A stretch of 64,000 nt of DNA, taken from a virus (taxonomy: Duplodnaviria; Caudoviricetes). The notes below the pieces were generated by a model. It had not been told where the DNA came from. It did not search any database and worked only from the letters and a program-made list of their open reading frames with translations. The translations under genes and the position numbers were made by a program. Position 1 is the first letter of the stretch. Every line of letters starts with the position of its first letter. This document shows, in pieces, positions 25,601 to 37,500 of the stretch. The stretch is from the IMG/VR virus record IMGVR_UViG_3300042868_003477, positions 1,458 through 65,457 of that record, one strand, 5' to 3'.

Positions 25601-28481
25601 TTTGCTCATATAGGTCTACTAGTTTTTTTGAGGTTTCAGATTCTTTTCCTTTTTCATTTATCTTTTTTATCTCTTCTAGTATTCCCTTTTTACTTTGATA
25701 ATATTCATCTGTATAAGCAATTTTTAGATTTTTATTAAAAAACTTTTCTAACTCTGCTTCATACTGATCCGGTGTTGCATCTTTAGTGACTCCTTTACCA
25801 GCTAATTCTACATTAATAAAGTGATCAAAATCTTGTTGGAATTTTTCATCATTAGTTATAGACTCATTAAACTTTCTTGATTGTTCTCTATGATATCTTC
25901 TTACTAATACTTTTTCTAATTCTACTCCTTGCTTGTATTTGCCATCATTGTCATAAAGATTATACAATTCATTATACTTAGTCTTAACATTTTCTGATGC
26001 AGTAAACTCTAGTAAATCATCTAACTCTGTAAACTCACTTGATGAGTTATAAGTTCTTAAGTCATCTAATGCAGATTTTCTCTCCATATAAGCTTCAAAA
26101 GCTATGTCTTTTGAAATAACTACATCTTTTTTTAATAATGGATTGTATACAGTATTGTCTTTTTTCCAAATATCTTGTACATCATATACTTCATCAGTAA
26201 ATCTACGGTTCATATACACTTTGTTAAAAGTATTTAATTCATCCATAGCTACTTTTATAGCATCTTTATCATTATTATCCTTAGCTTTTTTAAGATTAAA
26301 TTCTAATTTATCTTTATCAGCTCTCCAGTCTTTAAATTTATCTAGAAAAGAATATATTTCATATTCTTTAAACTCTCCATTCTCATCAACTTCACCAACT
26401 TTATCTACAAATAAAACCATTTCAGCTAATTGATTTGGACTATTAGCATTATACCCAACTGCATTTAAACTAGATTTTAAATTTTCAACTAGTTTCATTT
26501 GTTTCTGAAGTGTTGTAACTTCTTGATCAGAAAGTTTATCTCTCATAAACTGAGAGAAAGCTCCAAATAAGTCATTAACATTACCCATAGGGTTCAACAT
26601 AGCACCAGCTGCAGAAACATCTCTTACATGTCCTCTTAGATAAGCATCTACTGAAGCTTCAGTAATCTTATTAGCTTGATAATTTTTTATTGCATTATCT
26701 AGATATTTTTTTGTAGGTAAGGGTTTTGATAATAGATCATTAACATTTATATATTTTGTATCTTCTACATCTAATTTATCAAATAAAGCATTTGTAAATG
26801 TTTCTATCTCTTGTTCTGTATAACCTGATGATTTAAGTATTGTATTTATTTGTTCTTCTAGTTTTGACTTTACATTTTTTTGCATTGGTTCTCCAACTTT
26901 TACAAAAAACTTTTTCATAAAGTCTGCAGTCATATCAGCAGCTGTTTCAATATTATTTTCAATAACTGCTTTTATAGATAATATTTTTTTACTTAACTCA
27001 TTTGCTGGATCTAAACCTAAAATCTTACTAATATCTTTTAAGAATTTACTTTCTCTTTCCATAAACTCTTTAAAGTACTGGATTTTTTGGTTACCTTCTT
27101 CTGTTAAATGCTTGTTTGTTTTCTGTAACTCATTAAAAATGTTATTGATTTTTCTTGCAAACAATTCTAATTCACTAAGACTATTTATAAAAGATAAAGA
27201 TCTTAATTTTAAATCTTGTTCATTAAGTTGTAAAGCTTCAACTAACTTATCTAGCTCTTCATCTGTAAGTTCATCATTATTATTTTTATAACTACCAACA
27301 TAATCTTTTATGTTTTTGATTATATTAATACCATCTTTACCTAATTCTTCTCTTAACTTTTTTGGTGATGTTCTTAACTGTCCTAATTGGAAAGTCATTT
27401 CATCATGAAATCTATTAATAGCATTAACTAAATTTTTTGGCTCAATAGATTTAAGTTCTTTTAAAAAGTCATCAGTATCTTTTTTAAAATCAGCAAACAA
27501 ACTTGCTTGATAACTAAGATCTTCAATGACAAAGTCTTCATTTAACATCATATCTACTAATTCTTCTCTAGTAGTAGTAGTATCAAGCTTACTAAGATTT
27601 ACTTTATTTGTCAGAGCTTTAATTACTTTTTTTATTGCATATAATAAATTTTGTATAAACTTCTGAAATAAACTATCATCATCTTTAATACCTTTAAGTT
27701 TGTTATCAGCATCAATTTCCATTGCTGTTACAATAGCTTCCTCCATAAATCTAGGAGTACCTTCTTCTAACTCAGGATATCTTTCTTTTACAATAGCAAT
27801 TGCATTTTGTCCAGTAGTAGAACTAATCAATTGATCATATAAATTATTAAACAACTTAGGGTTTTGATAAGAAATACCCTTAATTAAGGGATGGGCAAAC
27901 TCATGCATTACATTGTTAGCTGTAAATCTACCAGATACAAAATAAACTTTATTCCCATAATAGAATGCAGATACATTAGGCGCATATGGTGTTGGACTAT
28001 TTTGTAATAGCACAGCAGCTTCAGACGGTGTAATTATTTGATAATCTACCTTAAAAGCTTTTTTAAACTTCTCACCTAGTCTATTAGCAATCTCAATATC
28101 TCTAGATTTATTTAACTGTTCTTTAGTAAAAAACATTTTAGTACCATTACTGTCAAATAAATATTCATCAGTATATTCTTCACCAGCTCTTTTAGCATCT
28201 TCTTTTTGAATCTCTTTTGCCTCATTCTCAGCCATTTGCATTTCTCTCAACTCTATCATGAGTTCACTCTCATAGTAATTATCTACTAATGTCTGTGGTA
28301 TATAGATATCATAATCAGGAGTATCTCCTCTTTCTAAATATATAACAGTATCTTCACCATACTTTTCATTTAAAGATTTTATATAGTTTCTAGCTTGTTC
28401 AGGATTCATAGATAAAGCTTTTCTAGCTTCATTATTAATCATCTCACTTAGAAAATCTTTAATAGCAATTTGACAAGGCAT
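22605..28481 (-). CDS. giant virion cargo protein with N-terminal zincin-like domain and inserted LysM domain
   Basis: HEFAH (27891-27905) with downstream EEA; LysM HTIEAGDTLATLAKRYNMSVDELAKKNNL...INVGDSLVI (~23452-23580); single Cys at residue 3. Confidence 0.85.
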   Translation of the reverse strand: MPCQIAIKDFLSEMINNEARKALSMNPEQARNYIKSLNEKYGEDTVIYLERGDTPDYDIYIPQTLVDNYYESELMIELREMQMAENEAKEIQKEDAKRAGEEYTDEYLFDSNGTKMFFTKEQLNKSRDIEIANRLGEKFKKAFKVDYQIITPSEAAVLLQNSPTPYAPNVSAFYYGNKVYFVSGRFTANNVMHEFAHPLIKGISYQNPKLFNNLYDQLISSTTGQNAIAIVKERYPELEEGTPRFMEEAIVTAMEIDADNKLKGIKDDDSLFQKFIQNLLYAIKKVIKALTNKVNLSKLDTTTTREELVDMMLNEDFVIEDLSYQASLFADFKKDTDDFLKELKSIEPKNLVNAINRFHDEMTFQLGQLRTSPKKLREELGKDGINIIKNIKDYVGSYKNNNDELTDEELDKLVEALQLNEQDLKLRSLSFINSLSELELFARKINNIFNELQKTNKHLTEEGNQKIQYFKEFMERESKFLKDISKILGLDPANELSKKILSIKAVIENNIETAADMTADFMKKFFVKVGEPMQKNVKSKLEEQINTILKSSGYTEQEIETFTNALFDKLDVEDTKYINVNDLLSKPLPTKKYLDNAIKNYQANKITEASVDAYLRGHVRDVSAAGAMLNPMGNVNDLFGAFSQFMRDKLSDQEVTTLQKQMKLVENLKSSLNAVGYNANSPNQLAEMVLFVDKVGEVDENGEFKEYEIYSFLDKFKDWRADKDKLEFNLKKAKDNNDKDAIKVAMDELNTFNKVYMNRRFTDEVYDVQDIWKKDNTVYNPLLKKDVVISKDIAFEAYMERKSALDDLRTYNSSSEFTELDDLLEFTASENVKTKYNELYNLYDNDGKYKQGVELEKVLVRRYHREQSRKFNESITNDEKFQQDFDHFINVELAGKGVTKDATPDQYEAELEKFFNKNLKIAYTDEYYQSKKGILEEIKKINEKGKESETSKKLVDLYEQRYNIVNRVTDKDGEPNGLELGIDTIKRLKQIELEIVDAQEQFDKKTGLTKEEAKKLRYYEESIIAQNKFNEMTPEEKAEYSGLIANKKAFGMAAEEISYLRNLYRMLADLTETSATDYYITSFTKALGDLKIEEVNVDNAESWINSSNLLEAKAKNSRFAEWFDRNHYSREIYDVSVGGYISKYYRLKVWSVSKPTNPEHYKTTEIKDPSTGEVFKRAGVPIAKYSYTKIKDQYKTGYNPKTQKVELEVGVHIDNKGNFLPKEFAVGSANGKYMNEKYYQLKASNNAQFKLLEKLKKDTLSMQEESPYSSRMYLDFPRFRKQDNLEYLATTNLKKDIKDKSSDILSNVKSWVMSANDDAERGLNFDTKHLYIKTDLQGNPISRVPVRGLYKMNVNDVSPDILRSLLTYGYSLDKQNALIEYEPIANAYLNTLADPNNALDRLDVASSVLAKAKDGASMFLKRSNNQRLQLAKDYIDRTFYGKNVSEWEQDNVKISKVIRGLMSNARFSFYSLNPVSTLKNKLGMDFQKLIYAAGGKHISFSSMARGTITSAKTVMEYAATGAYAKGVKSLNLQVMDAFDMSPGKAEKNSTDSASRTAVKDLLNAAWLYSDRKLTELQGSLDIGFSLLEFQTVEQIQPDGTPKEIRYAEAFETDKEGLLKLKDGINPEYGIKNLDHTIEAGDTLATLAKRYNMSVDELAKKNNLKPSAQINVGDSLVISRNTKFNEMKRRMASANKKLNGTMAKIDSPIGEKYLLYDVFTFSRKFGTGMFLSRYQADMSKENRFGEVWDWDLNEANRGKYIQFLATTKNLITDARNYWPIMTKEEKGQVYEVVTEGMMLFFTGLLVTYLFDYDPGDEDRFEKMRMRQERYGAGGWLANHALYQLMMVQRENQSFIPIPGVGMDEWLDFTETSSIVVGPTLSLYSKIVTDLGLIVTGSDKAIYKQEVGPYSWQKEGSYKIWNHIGNIFGLSGKNVIPPAGEWESGPIWAIKKAEIFENLR

Positions 28482-28495
28482 AATATTCTTTTATT

Positions 28496-28512
28496 TAAAT
28501 ATACTAATTTTT
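28496..28512 (-). promoter_or_regulatory. candidate late-promoter element AAATTAGTATATT
   Basis: Shared with the intergenic element at 54520-54535 (AAATTTAGTATATT). Confidence 0.35.
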
Positions 28513-31500
28513 ATTTACAACTAGATGAAGATCTTGGAATTCCTGGTAAACCTTCTGGTTTATTTTCATCAGATACTTCAGGTTGTATAGGCTCATCTCT
28601 TTTCATTTCTGGTGTCTCTGGTTCAGTCGGATCAGTTTCAGTTTCTTCAGAAGTTTCTTCAGCAAGAGGTCCTCCTGGAACTAAAGCTAATAATGCTTGA
28701 ATTTCTGGTGAATCTGCTGCTAATATTTCTGGAACTAATTCTTCTGATTGAACTCTTGATAAACCATTTCTATATAAAGTAGGTTCAGATACATAATTTT
28801 TAAATGCACCTTTTGAATCTATAAGTCTTTTATATATTAAATCTAAGGTAGCTCCATTTAAATTATTTGTCTTAAATATATCTGCAGCATTCTGCATTAC
28901 GCCTATATAATCTTCATAAGGCAATGCTTCAACAAAACCATACTTACTATAGCCAATACCATGTTGATAAATCATCATGTTTGGTAATAGACTGAATAAT
29001 TTACTTATTCTTTTATTATCTTCCTTGTCAGTTGATTTTACTACATCAATATTTGCAAGATCTTTAATGTTAGTATAGTAAACTTCTGCTAACTGTGGAT
29101 CCTTTAACATCTTGATATCATTAAGACTTAGTACAGATTCACCTGATTTAACTTTTGGTTTAGTTAATTGAGCAAGTATTGGATATTTGTTTTTTAAATT
29201 AGGAAATTCTTCTATCATATTAAGTACCATATCTGTATAGGAATTGTTTGGTAATCCCATTATGGCTTGTCTGTTAAAACTATTTATTAAAGCTCTTTGA
29301 TTCAGGTATTTTTCATAAGCTACTTTATTAGCTTGTTCTGGATCTTTATTATATTTTTTAGTAAGACTGACAAATTTTAAATAATCTTTGTTTGTTTCTA
29401 AAGATTCTATTGGATACAAAAATCTTTGATACTCTCTTTCAATAGAATATTTAAAATACATTGACTCATTAGCAAAGAGGTTGTCTTGTGCTCTAAAGCC
29501 TTGTAAACCAATTTGATTGTAAGCAGAAGAGTCTGTATTATCTCTTAGGTATAAACCTTCACTATATTCTTTACTTAATCTTTCTTTATCTATAAGTATA
29601 CTATCTGCAGTTACTTCAACACCATTTTTAACCCCAGTTTTTTCAATTACTTTTTTCTCTTTATATTCTGAAGGCATGCTTGTTACTTGACCATTTTCAT
29701 CAAGCATATTTGTCATGTAATTCTGGAATATATAATTTGGTATAGCATTTTTAAATTCAGTAATAAATCTTCTTGCACCATCTTGACCAGAACCAAACTT
29801 AGATGTAATACTAGCTTGTCTAGTTTTTATAGCATTGATAATATAATTAGTAACTGTAGCATTATTTCTTAATGGGAAAACAGGTACAATCATATCATTA
29901 ATTAACTGATTATCAAAGAAAGGTCCTAATATAGATTCCATTACTTTATCAACTAAACCTTTTGGTAATTTAGACATCTCTTTAGTTTCTTCTAAAGATA
30001 AGTTTCTATTGATTATTTCTTGTAAAGTTTTAGATGTTTTTGTGTCAGGATTAGACTGCATTTTTAATGTTGTAAATCCTTTAGACATTTTTTCTAGTTC
30101 AATAAAATGCAAGAACATAGCTTTAGCATATTCTCTATTTTCAGGATTAGATAAATTTCTGTCTTTAATTACAGCCATCATCTTATCATAATCAAAATTA
30201 CCATCTTTTTCTAGTATACCACTATTAACTACAGTTGTAGTAACAGCATTATAATAACCAGAATTAGATACAAGACTTTTCTTACCTTTTTTTAGACCAA
30301 ATTTATTTAAAGTATTTTCAGCAGCTTGCCATTTAGTTGCTGTTTCTTTAAAATCTTGTGGTATTTTTTTAGTTAATTTAGCATAAGCACTACCAATTAA
30401 CCTTTGTTCTTTTGTATAATCTCTTACAAGAGGATTTGATACAAAAGCAATTGCTAATTCTTTTGGTACACCTGCTTTAAGTAAAAATGTAATCATAGGT
30501 ACTGTTTCATAGTTACCCTGAATAAAAGATATCCAAGCGTCTTTTTCAACATCCACGGCACCATTCATAAACTGAGAATATAAGTCTGCAATTTTATCTA
30601 CACCAAAGACATCATCTGTACCTGAAAGAGAAACAGCACCTTCTGTTGTTTCATTATGTGGTAAAAACAATCTTACATTATAATCTTCATCAGTATCTAC
30701 ATATCTATTTAATTGGTCATCAAAAGTTGAAGCCTTATAAGTCTTTGGTAAAGAAGCACCTACTGAATTAAATATTGGGTGCAAAGAGTTTTCTACTGCT
30801 AACATACCTAATACATTTTTACCAACCATATTTACATCATGTTTATGTAAATTGTAAGCTGCTTCAAGTATTCTACTAGGACTAATAACCTTTTGTCCTT
30901 TTAAACCTTTTTTAGTATTCTTATCATGTGTGTTTTTAAATCTGTTGTACTCAATTACATCATCCTGTAATTCATCAGCAAGATCATCTTTTAATAAGTA
31001 TGTATCATTTGGTCTAACTAAGTTAGCATAGTTATCTGGTAACTCTAATATACCTTTGATAGATTGAATTAATTCATTCTCTAAGGCAGCTTTTTGAGTT
31101 TTGATAATATTTACTGCTGTTTTTTTTCCGGCTTCAGTTTGATTAAGCTCTTTTACTTTAGTTGCTACAGCTTGGTTTGACATACCAGATTCTACAAACT
31201 TACCAAAACTATCAATAGTAGGCATGAATGTAGTTAATTTATCAACGTCAAAGTCACCCCCTGATTTTGCAACAATCTCTGTAGGAGGAATAATAATATT
31301 ACCTGCAGCAGGATCTAGAAATTCATATACTTCCATAAACTCCATTGAGTTTAATCCTTGTACTGGAATCCTTACAGCTGATAGAGTAACAGATTTTCTA
31401 TGGTTACCTTTATCTAACCATACATCATCTTTAATCATATCATTAAGTCTAGCTCTTGTACCAATTACTTCACCATCATTATGTTTAAGTTTTAGTAAGT

Positions 31501-34500
31501 TATAGAAATCTCCTTGTAAAGCAATAGCTATTTTCATAGCACTAGTCTTACCGTCTGTTGTTTCATTATTATAAAAAGGTAAGTTATTAGTACCCATGTA
31601 TTTTCTAACATCAGCTTCTGTAGAATTCTTAAACTTACGATCCCATAAACCATTAGACATAGTACTAGATACTTGTACTAAAGCTTCACCTTTTACTTTT
31701 TGTTTAATTAATCTTTTCTCAACAAGAGAAACCAAGATCTTTTCAATTTCATCAGCTTTTAAATGTAAAGACAAGTCTGTTTTTAAAGACTTATCTCTAT
31801 TTAAACCAACTAGTTGAATTAAGTGTTCAGGTAAATCTTTTCTATCTAGTTCAGCTTGTACTACATCCAAGAAATTATCTAAGTTACCAGAATACTTTTT
31901 AGTTTCTGGATTATACTCATAACCAATTTCATTTAGTAATTCAAGTTTAAGAATATTACTATAGCCTTTTACAGCTGTTTCATATCTTTTAACTGCAGGC
32001 TCATTCTTAGAATTAATAATCTCACCATTACGGTACATATCCCCAAGAATCAACTTTCTTAACTGAGTAGCAAATACAGTTTTACCTTTATATTTATTAG
32101 GTACACTAGTAACATTCTTAAGATATTCTAAATGAACAACATTTGGAGTAAATTTAATATCTTTCTTAAGTGACTTTTGTTCTGAGTCATCATAAATTTT
32201 ATCTGGTTTACCATTAGATGTAACACTACCTACTTTAGAACCTGTTTGAAAAGTAACATATTGAACTCCTGATTTCATCATTTGTTCATGTAAAGATTGT
32301 AAATCTGAATCTCTAACTACAGATGGAATAAGTGGAGCTAATGCAAATTTATGCATTGCTGTTATTGGTAAACCTGTTAATCTAGTTTCACCAATTTTAC
32401 TAGCTAATGGACCAAAGTTTTGTGCTTTTAATACAGGAAACATTTCTGTAACATCTCCTGCAGAAATATCTAAACCTTCTACTACTTTTTGAAATAATAT
32501 TTCTTGAGCATTAGACCAATTGTTTTGTAAAATATTTAATGTACGGTATCCATCAAAAGTGATAAAGCCTTGACCATCACCTTCTTCCATACCAGTAAAT
32601 TTTTTAACTTCTTTTGCTACTCTTCTATCAATTTCTGCTTTAGATACGTTAGTCTTAGCATATCTTTTTTCATAGTCAGCTCTAAGACCTTTTTCAATCT
32701 GATTTACATATACAGAGTCTCTTTCAATATCTTGAAGTATAGCTGTAGTGTAAGTACCATCATAACTAATAGGTTGAATATCATCATTTTTTAATGAAGC
32801 TGCATAAGATGTATTTGCTACATAATCATTGATAAATCTTTGAGCATCTTTATCTGTTCTATAACCAGGACCTCCAGAAGTAGAACCTGTATTTCTTTTA
32901 TGCATCTCTTCTTTATCATGGTTATACTGTACAAAGTCTCCATAAAATAAAATACCCATTTCAAAATTATGAATCCATGCATTGTAAGTATAAGCTTCAA
33001 TAAGAGTTTTTTCTATTTCTTCTTCAGTTTTATCTGATTTTTTAAATCTTTCATATAAATCTGGACTTAAGTATTTTGATTCTGAAAATAAACTATAGTT
33101 TAATTCAGTTTGATCTTTAAAAGATTCTTTAACATTTGCTCTAATTCTATCCATTATTCCTTTTGGATTAGTAGAAACAAAAGTTTTTAAATCAAAATTT
33201 GTTTTTTCTTCAATAGCTTTGTCTATAGCAGCATATATTTCTTCTTTAACAGAGCTTGATAATAAGTCATCAAATATTGTAAAGACTTCACCAGCCATTT
33301 TACCATCTCCTATCTTTCTATTATAGCCTGCATAGTTTTTATACTCATCTTTATTCTGTCTAAATCTAAATATTCTATCAGCTTCTCCTTCCATATAAGG
33401 AAGTATATGTGCTTTTAATGCATATTCTCCAGCAGTATTTTTGTCAAACATATCAATGTCAACCCATAACTGATTATCATCACCTTTCTTTCCAGGTTGT
33501 GGAACAACACCACCATCAACATAAGCACCAAATGAAGATGACTTAGATGCATGTCTCATGAATTCTTGAACACCACCCTTAAGCATAGTGTTTATTTCTT
33601 GAAGCATTTTACTATTAACATCTAAAGAAGTTGTATTTTTTCCTTCAGCAGAAATGTTTGCATCATATTGAGTACCAGAATCCATAAATAACTTTAAAGA
33701 CTTGTTTTGTCTTTTTAGTTGTTGTGAACTATTAACATCAAATAGTGATCTTATAACACCAAGCTTTTTAGTATATGAATTAATAGTAGGATCTAAATAA
33801 GACATGTAACTTAGTGAGTCATCTGTCCATAAATCAGAAAGTTTTTTTGCAGCATTTAAACCATACACTTGTTTACTAATTGAATGATTATCAATATGTT
33901 CAAATACTAAATTTCTTTCTGCATTAAATACTCCAAAGTTAGAACCTTCAGAACCATATCTTACTTGTAATTCAGCAAGGTTGTTAAGTTGTGTCTTTTG
34001 GTTTATTACACCCTTACCAGCTATTCCTTCTGGAATACCTTTTATAAACATACCAACAGGATCTGTTTTAAATTCATTAATTACAGTTCTAACATTATAT
34101 GGTGTAGTACTTAATTTTTCTTTTGAATGCATTTCACTAATAGCATCAAATAGATAAGGTAAACCAAATTTCTCAATAGCTTTAGTATCTTTTTTAAGAA
34201 CAGACTTGATAATAGGATTATCATCTAGACTTATACCTATAGCTCTAGCAAAATCAAAAGATTGAGCCTCATCTAAAGTGCCCTTAGTGTTTGAAAAGGT
34301 TGATACTACTTTTTCTAAATTTAAAGTAGGAATATTATCCTTACCAATTCTATCTACAAATGTATTTTTAGTATCTCCTTTAAACTTATCTTGAAAAGTT
34401 TTTATAGCATTGCTTGCATCTATTGAAGCATCTGTTACTGCTACACTAAAATCATATACTGGAGTATCTGATTCTGTAACAACAGGTATTGGATTACCAT

Positions 34501-37500
34501 TCTTATCTAATTGGTTACTCATTTGAGGAGTACCAAATATAGTTAACTGTATATATGGTACACGCGGTTTGTTAAAGTCTTGCCAAAAAGAAGTAGTTAT
34601 CTTAAATTCAAAAATATTATTACTTGTATTTGGATTAGGCAACTTACTTAATAGTTGTTTAAATACAGGGACAGATACACTTTCTTCAATAATAGCATCA
34701 TACATGTCTTTTGGATCTTGTAGACCACTCAGTGTTCTTACTGTGTTATTCCAAGTACTTCTAAAATCAGCAAGTTTTTTGAAACCTAACTCATTATATT
34801 CAAACTGACCTTTATCATTTACAGCATGTAAACTTTTTAAAAGATATAAAGTTTCTTTACCAGCAAGTTCAATTAAAGACTTATCTCCTACTTTCTTATC
34901 ACCATATCTTTCAGTTTCTGTACCAGCAGATGGATTAAATAAATTACCTTCTTCATCTAATTCTAGATTAATATACTTCTGACGGATTAAATCAAAAGAA
35001 CTATTTAGTACATGATATGCTACAGTACCACTATCAGTATTACCATAGTTATCAATACCTGCTTGTAATATTCTTATTCTATTGTTTAATAAATCTTTTT
35101 TTATTTCAGTCTCTTCTGTTTCTTCTGTATTTTCTAATTTATTTAAATCTTCTTTGAGTGACTTTAACTTAGCTGTAAGTTTAATTTTTATAAATTTATA
35201 TAGAGGTTCTCTATTTCTAGAATCAAGTAATATACCTAATGATTTAGATTTATCATTACTAACACTATTCTGTTCATCAACAAGATCTGATATTAAAGAG
35301 TCCATACTTTCCTTAAGTAAGTTAGAGTCTTGTCTATTTAATACTTGTACATCTTGTGTTCCTGGTTCAACAATACCTGAATTTCTTTCAAGAACATCAA
35401 ACATTACATTATCCACAAGAGGTGTATAGTTATTTAAGTCTTTACCTAAGTATAACTTATCAAACATTTCAGCAACAGTTCCTATCTCAGTTACATCAGT
35501 AACAGAACCTTTACCAAATAGTGATTTAATAAAGTTTAATATTCTTCTGAATAAACTATTTTGTTTAGGGCTATTTTTTTTTGCTTTTGGATTTTTAGCA
35601 TAAGTTCTAAAATCTTCAGCTAGTATTTCTTCTATCTCAAAGAATGTTTTATTACCACCAAGTCTACCTTGTACTTCTTTATACAAAGCTTTTTTCTCTG
35701 CTTTAGTTAAGAATAACTGTGTGAATCCGTGCCAAGCTTCATGATATACATCAACCATTGAACCTTTCTTAGCTAACTCAATTGTACCTAAGTTACCATT
35801 AAGAACGGAACCATGTTTTATAAACCTAGCATATGCATTAGAGTTGACTATGTTTGCTACTTGTTTTAAATCAATGTATTTATTTAAAGGAGAATTACCC
35901 CACCATTTCTTAGCTTCATCAATTTGTTCTTGACTAACATCTGATGGTAAGTTTTCAGATCTATAAAAGAATATATCTCCAGCTCCATCCTCTTCAGGAG
36001 AAGGTGTATTGTCTGGAGCAATAATATTATTTATTTCTGCTTCAATTTCTTCTATAGATTTTTTAACAACTGGTTTTGTAGTAAAGTCTTTTGTAGCTCT
36101 AACATAACCAATATTCTTATTTCCTATTCTTACTTGAACTGGATCTTTAAATACATCTCCTTGTTCTGTTATGATATTTGGTACTAAATGTAAAGTAGCT
36201 TCTTGTGTTAAATCTTCTTCAGTTATATTTTGTTCTTTATTATAAAACTCTACTACGTTACCTTTTTTAGTAGTCAGTTCCCATCTTGTTCTTGAACTAG
36301 CAGGTTTTGAAATAATTCCTTTTAAAGGATAACCTTCTTTTAAAAGTTCAACAACTCTTTCTTTTGTTTCAATAACTCCTAAAGTAGGAGATTGCTCATC
36401 TTCTGGTACCTGGTTTTCAAAAAAGTCATCTCTTATAATTTCTGTTTCATCTTCCTCAGCTTCATTAATCTGCTTAGTTATTTCATTTGGTAAAGCAAAA
36501 TACATATAACTATTAAAACTTCTACTTTTAACATCTAGATTAATAAACAGCTTAGTATTAGGTAGTGTGCTTAACAAAATAGAATAAGAAGAATAAAAAT
36601 CATCAATAGTATTAGTATCAAGATTATAATCTTGGTATTGCATATTCTTTAACAAAGCTGCATTATAAGTCATCTTAGCAGAAAAGTATTTACCATCTTT
36701 ACCTGATGCATTTTTTAATGCATTATATATTTCTTCTTGAGCAGTTGATGATTCTAAATTAACAGTAGTAAATTTACTAGCATAACCTTCTTGATATGAA
36801 GTTGGTGAATATGAAAATACTAGTGTATCTGTATTAGGTAAATATGACAACACATGTTTTCTTGTTGCATCTGATGCTTTCTCTGATAAAAACTGTGTAA
36901 CAAAATCATATCTATCATTCTTAGATATATTAGGATTTACTAAAACAGCAGCAATTTTTTTAATTAAATCATCTGTTAAATTAGGTCTATCAATTTTATA
37001 TTCAGAACCTTTTAATTGTATAACAGCTTCACCTTTAGAAAAACTAGAACGTCCAGACTTAATAGTAGTTATAGTTGACATAACATATTCTGGATTATCT
37101 ACTATCTCTGAAAGTGTAGATAGATTAATAGCTTTTGGAGCATACTCACTAATTCCATTACTTATATCAGTAATGTTTACTAATGGAGTTTCACCTTTTA
37201 ATAAACTTTGTTTAAAATCATATAACTCTTTAAACTCTTGTTGTTGTGTTTTATAAATATCTTTTACTAGTTCTTCATATGCCTCTTTTGATAATTCATT
37301 TTTTCTATTAATAGCATCTGCAATAGCACGGGGACTTAATATAGTATCAGTTTTACCATATATATCAGTTACTCTATATCCTTTACTGTCTTTTCTTACT
37401 TCTCTTAAAAATTGGTAAACTAATTTACCACCATCTTCCATAGTAGAAATATCTCCATTTTCTGAAAAATAAACTGGCTGACCACCTTGATCAGTCATTA

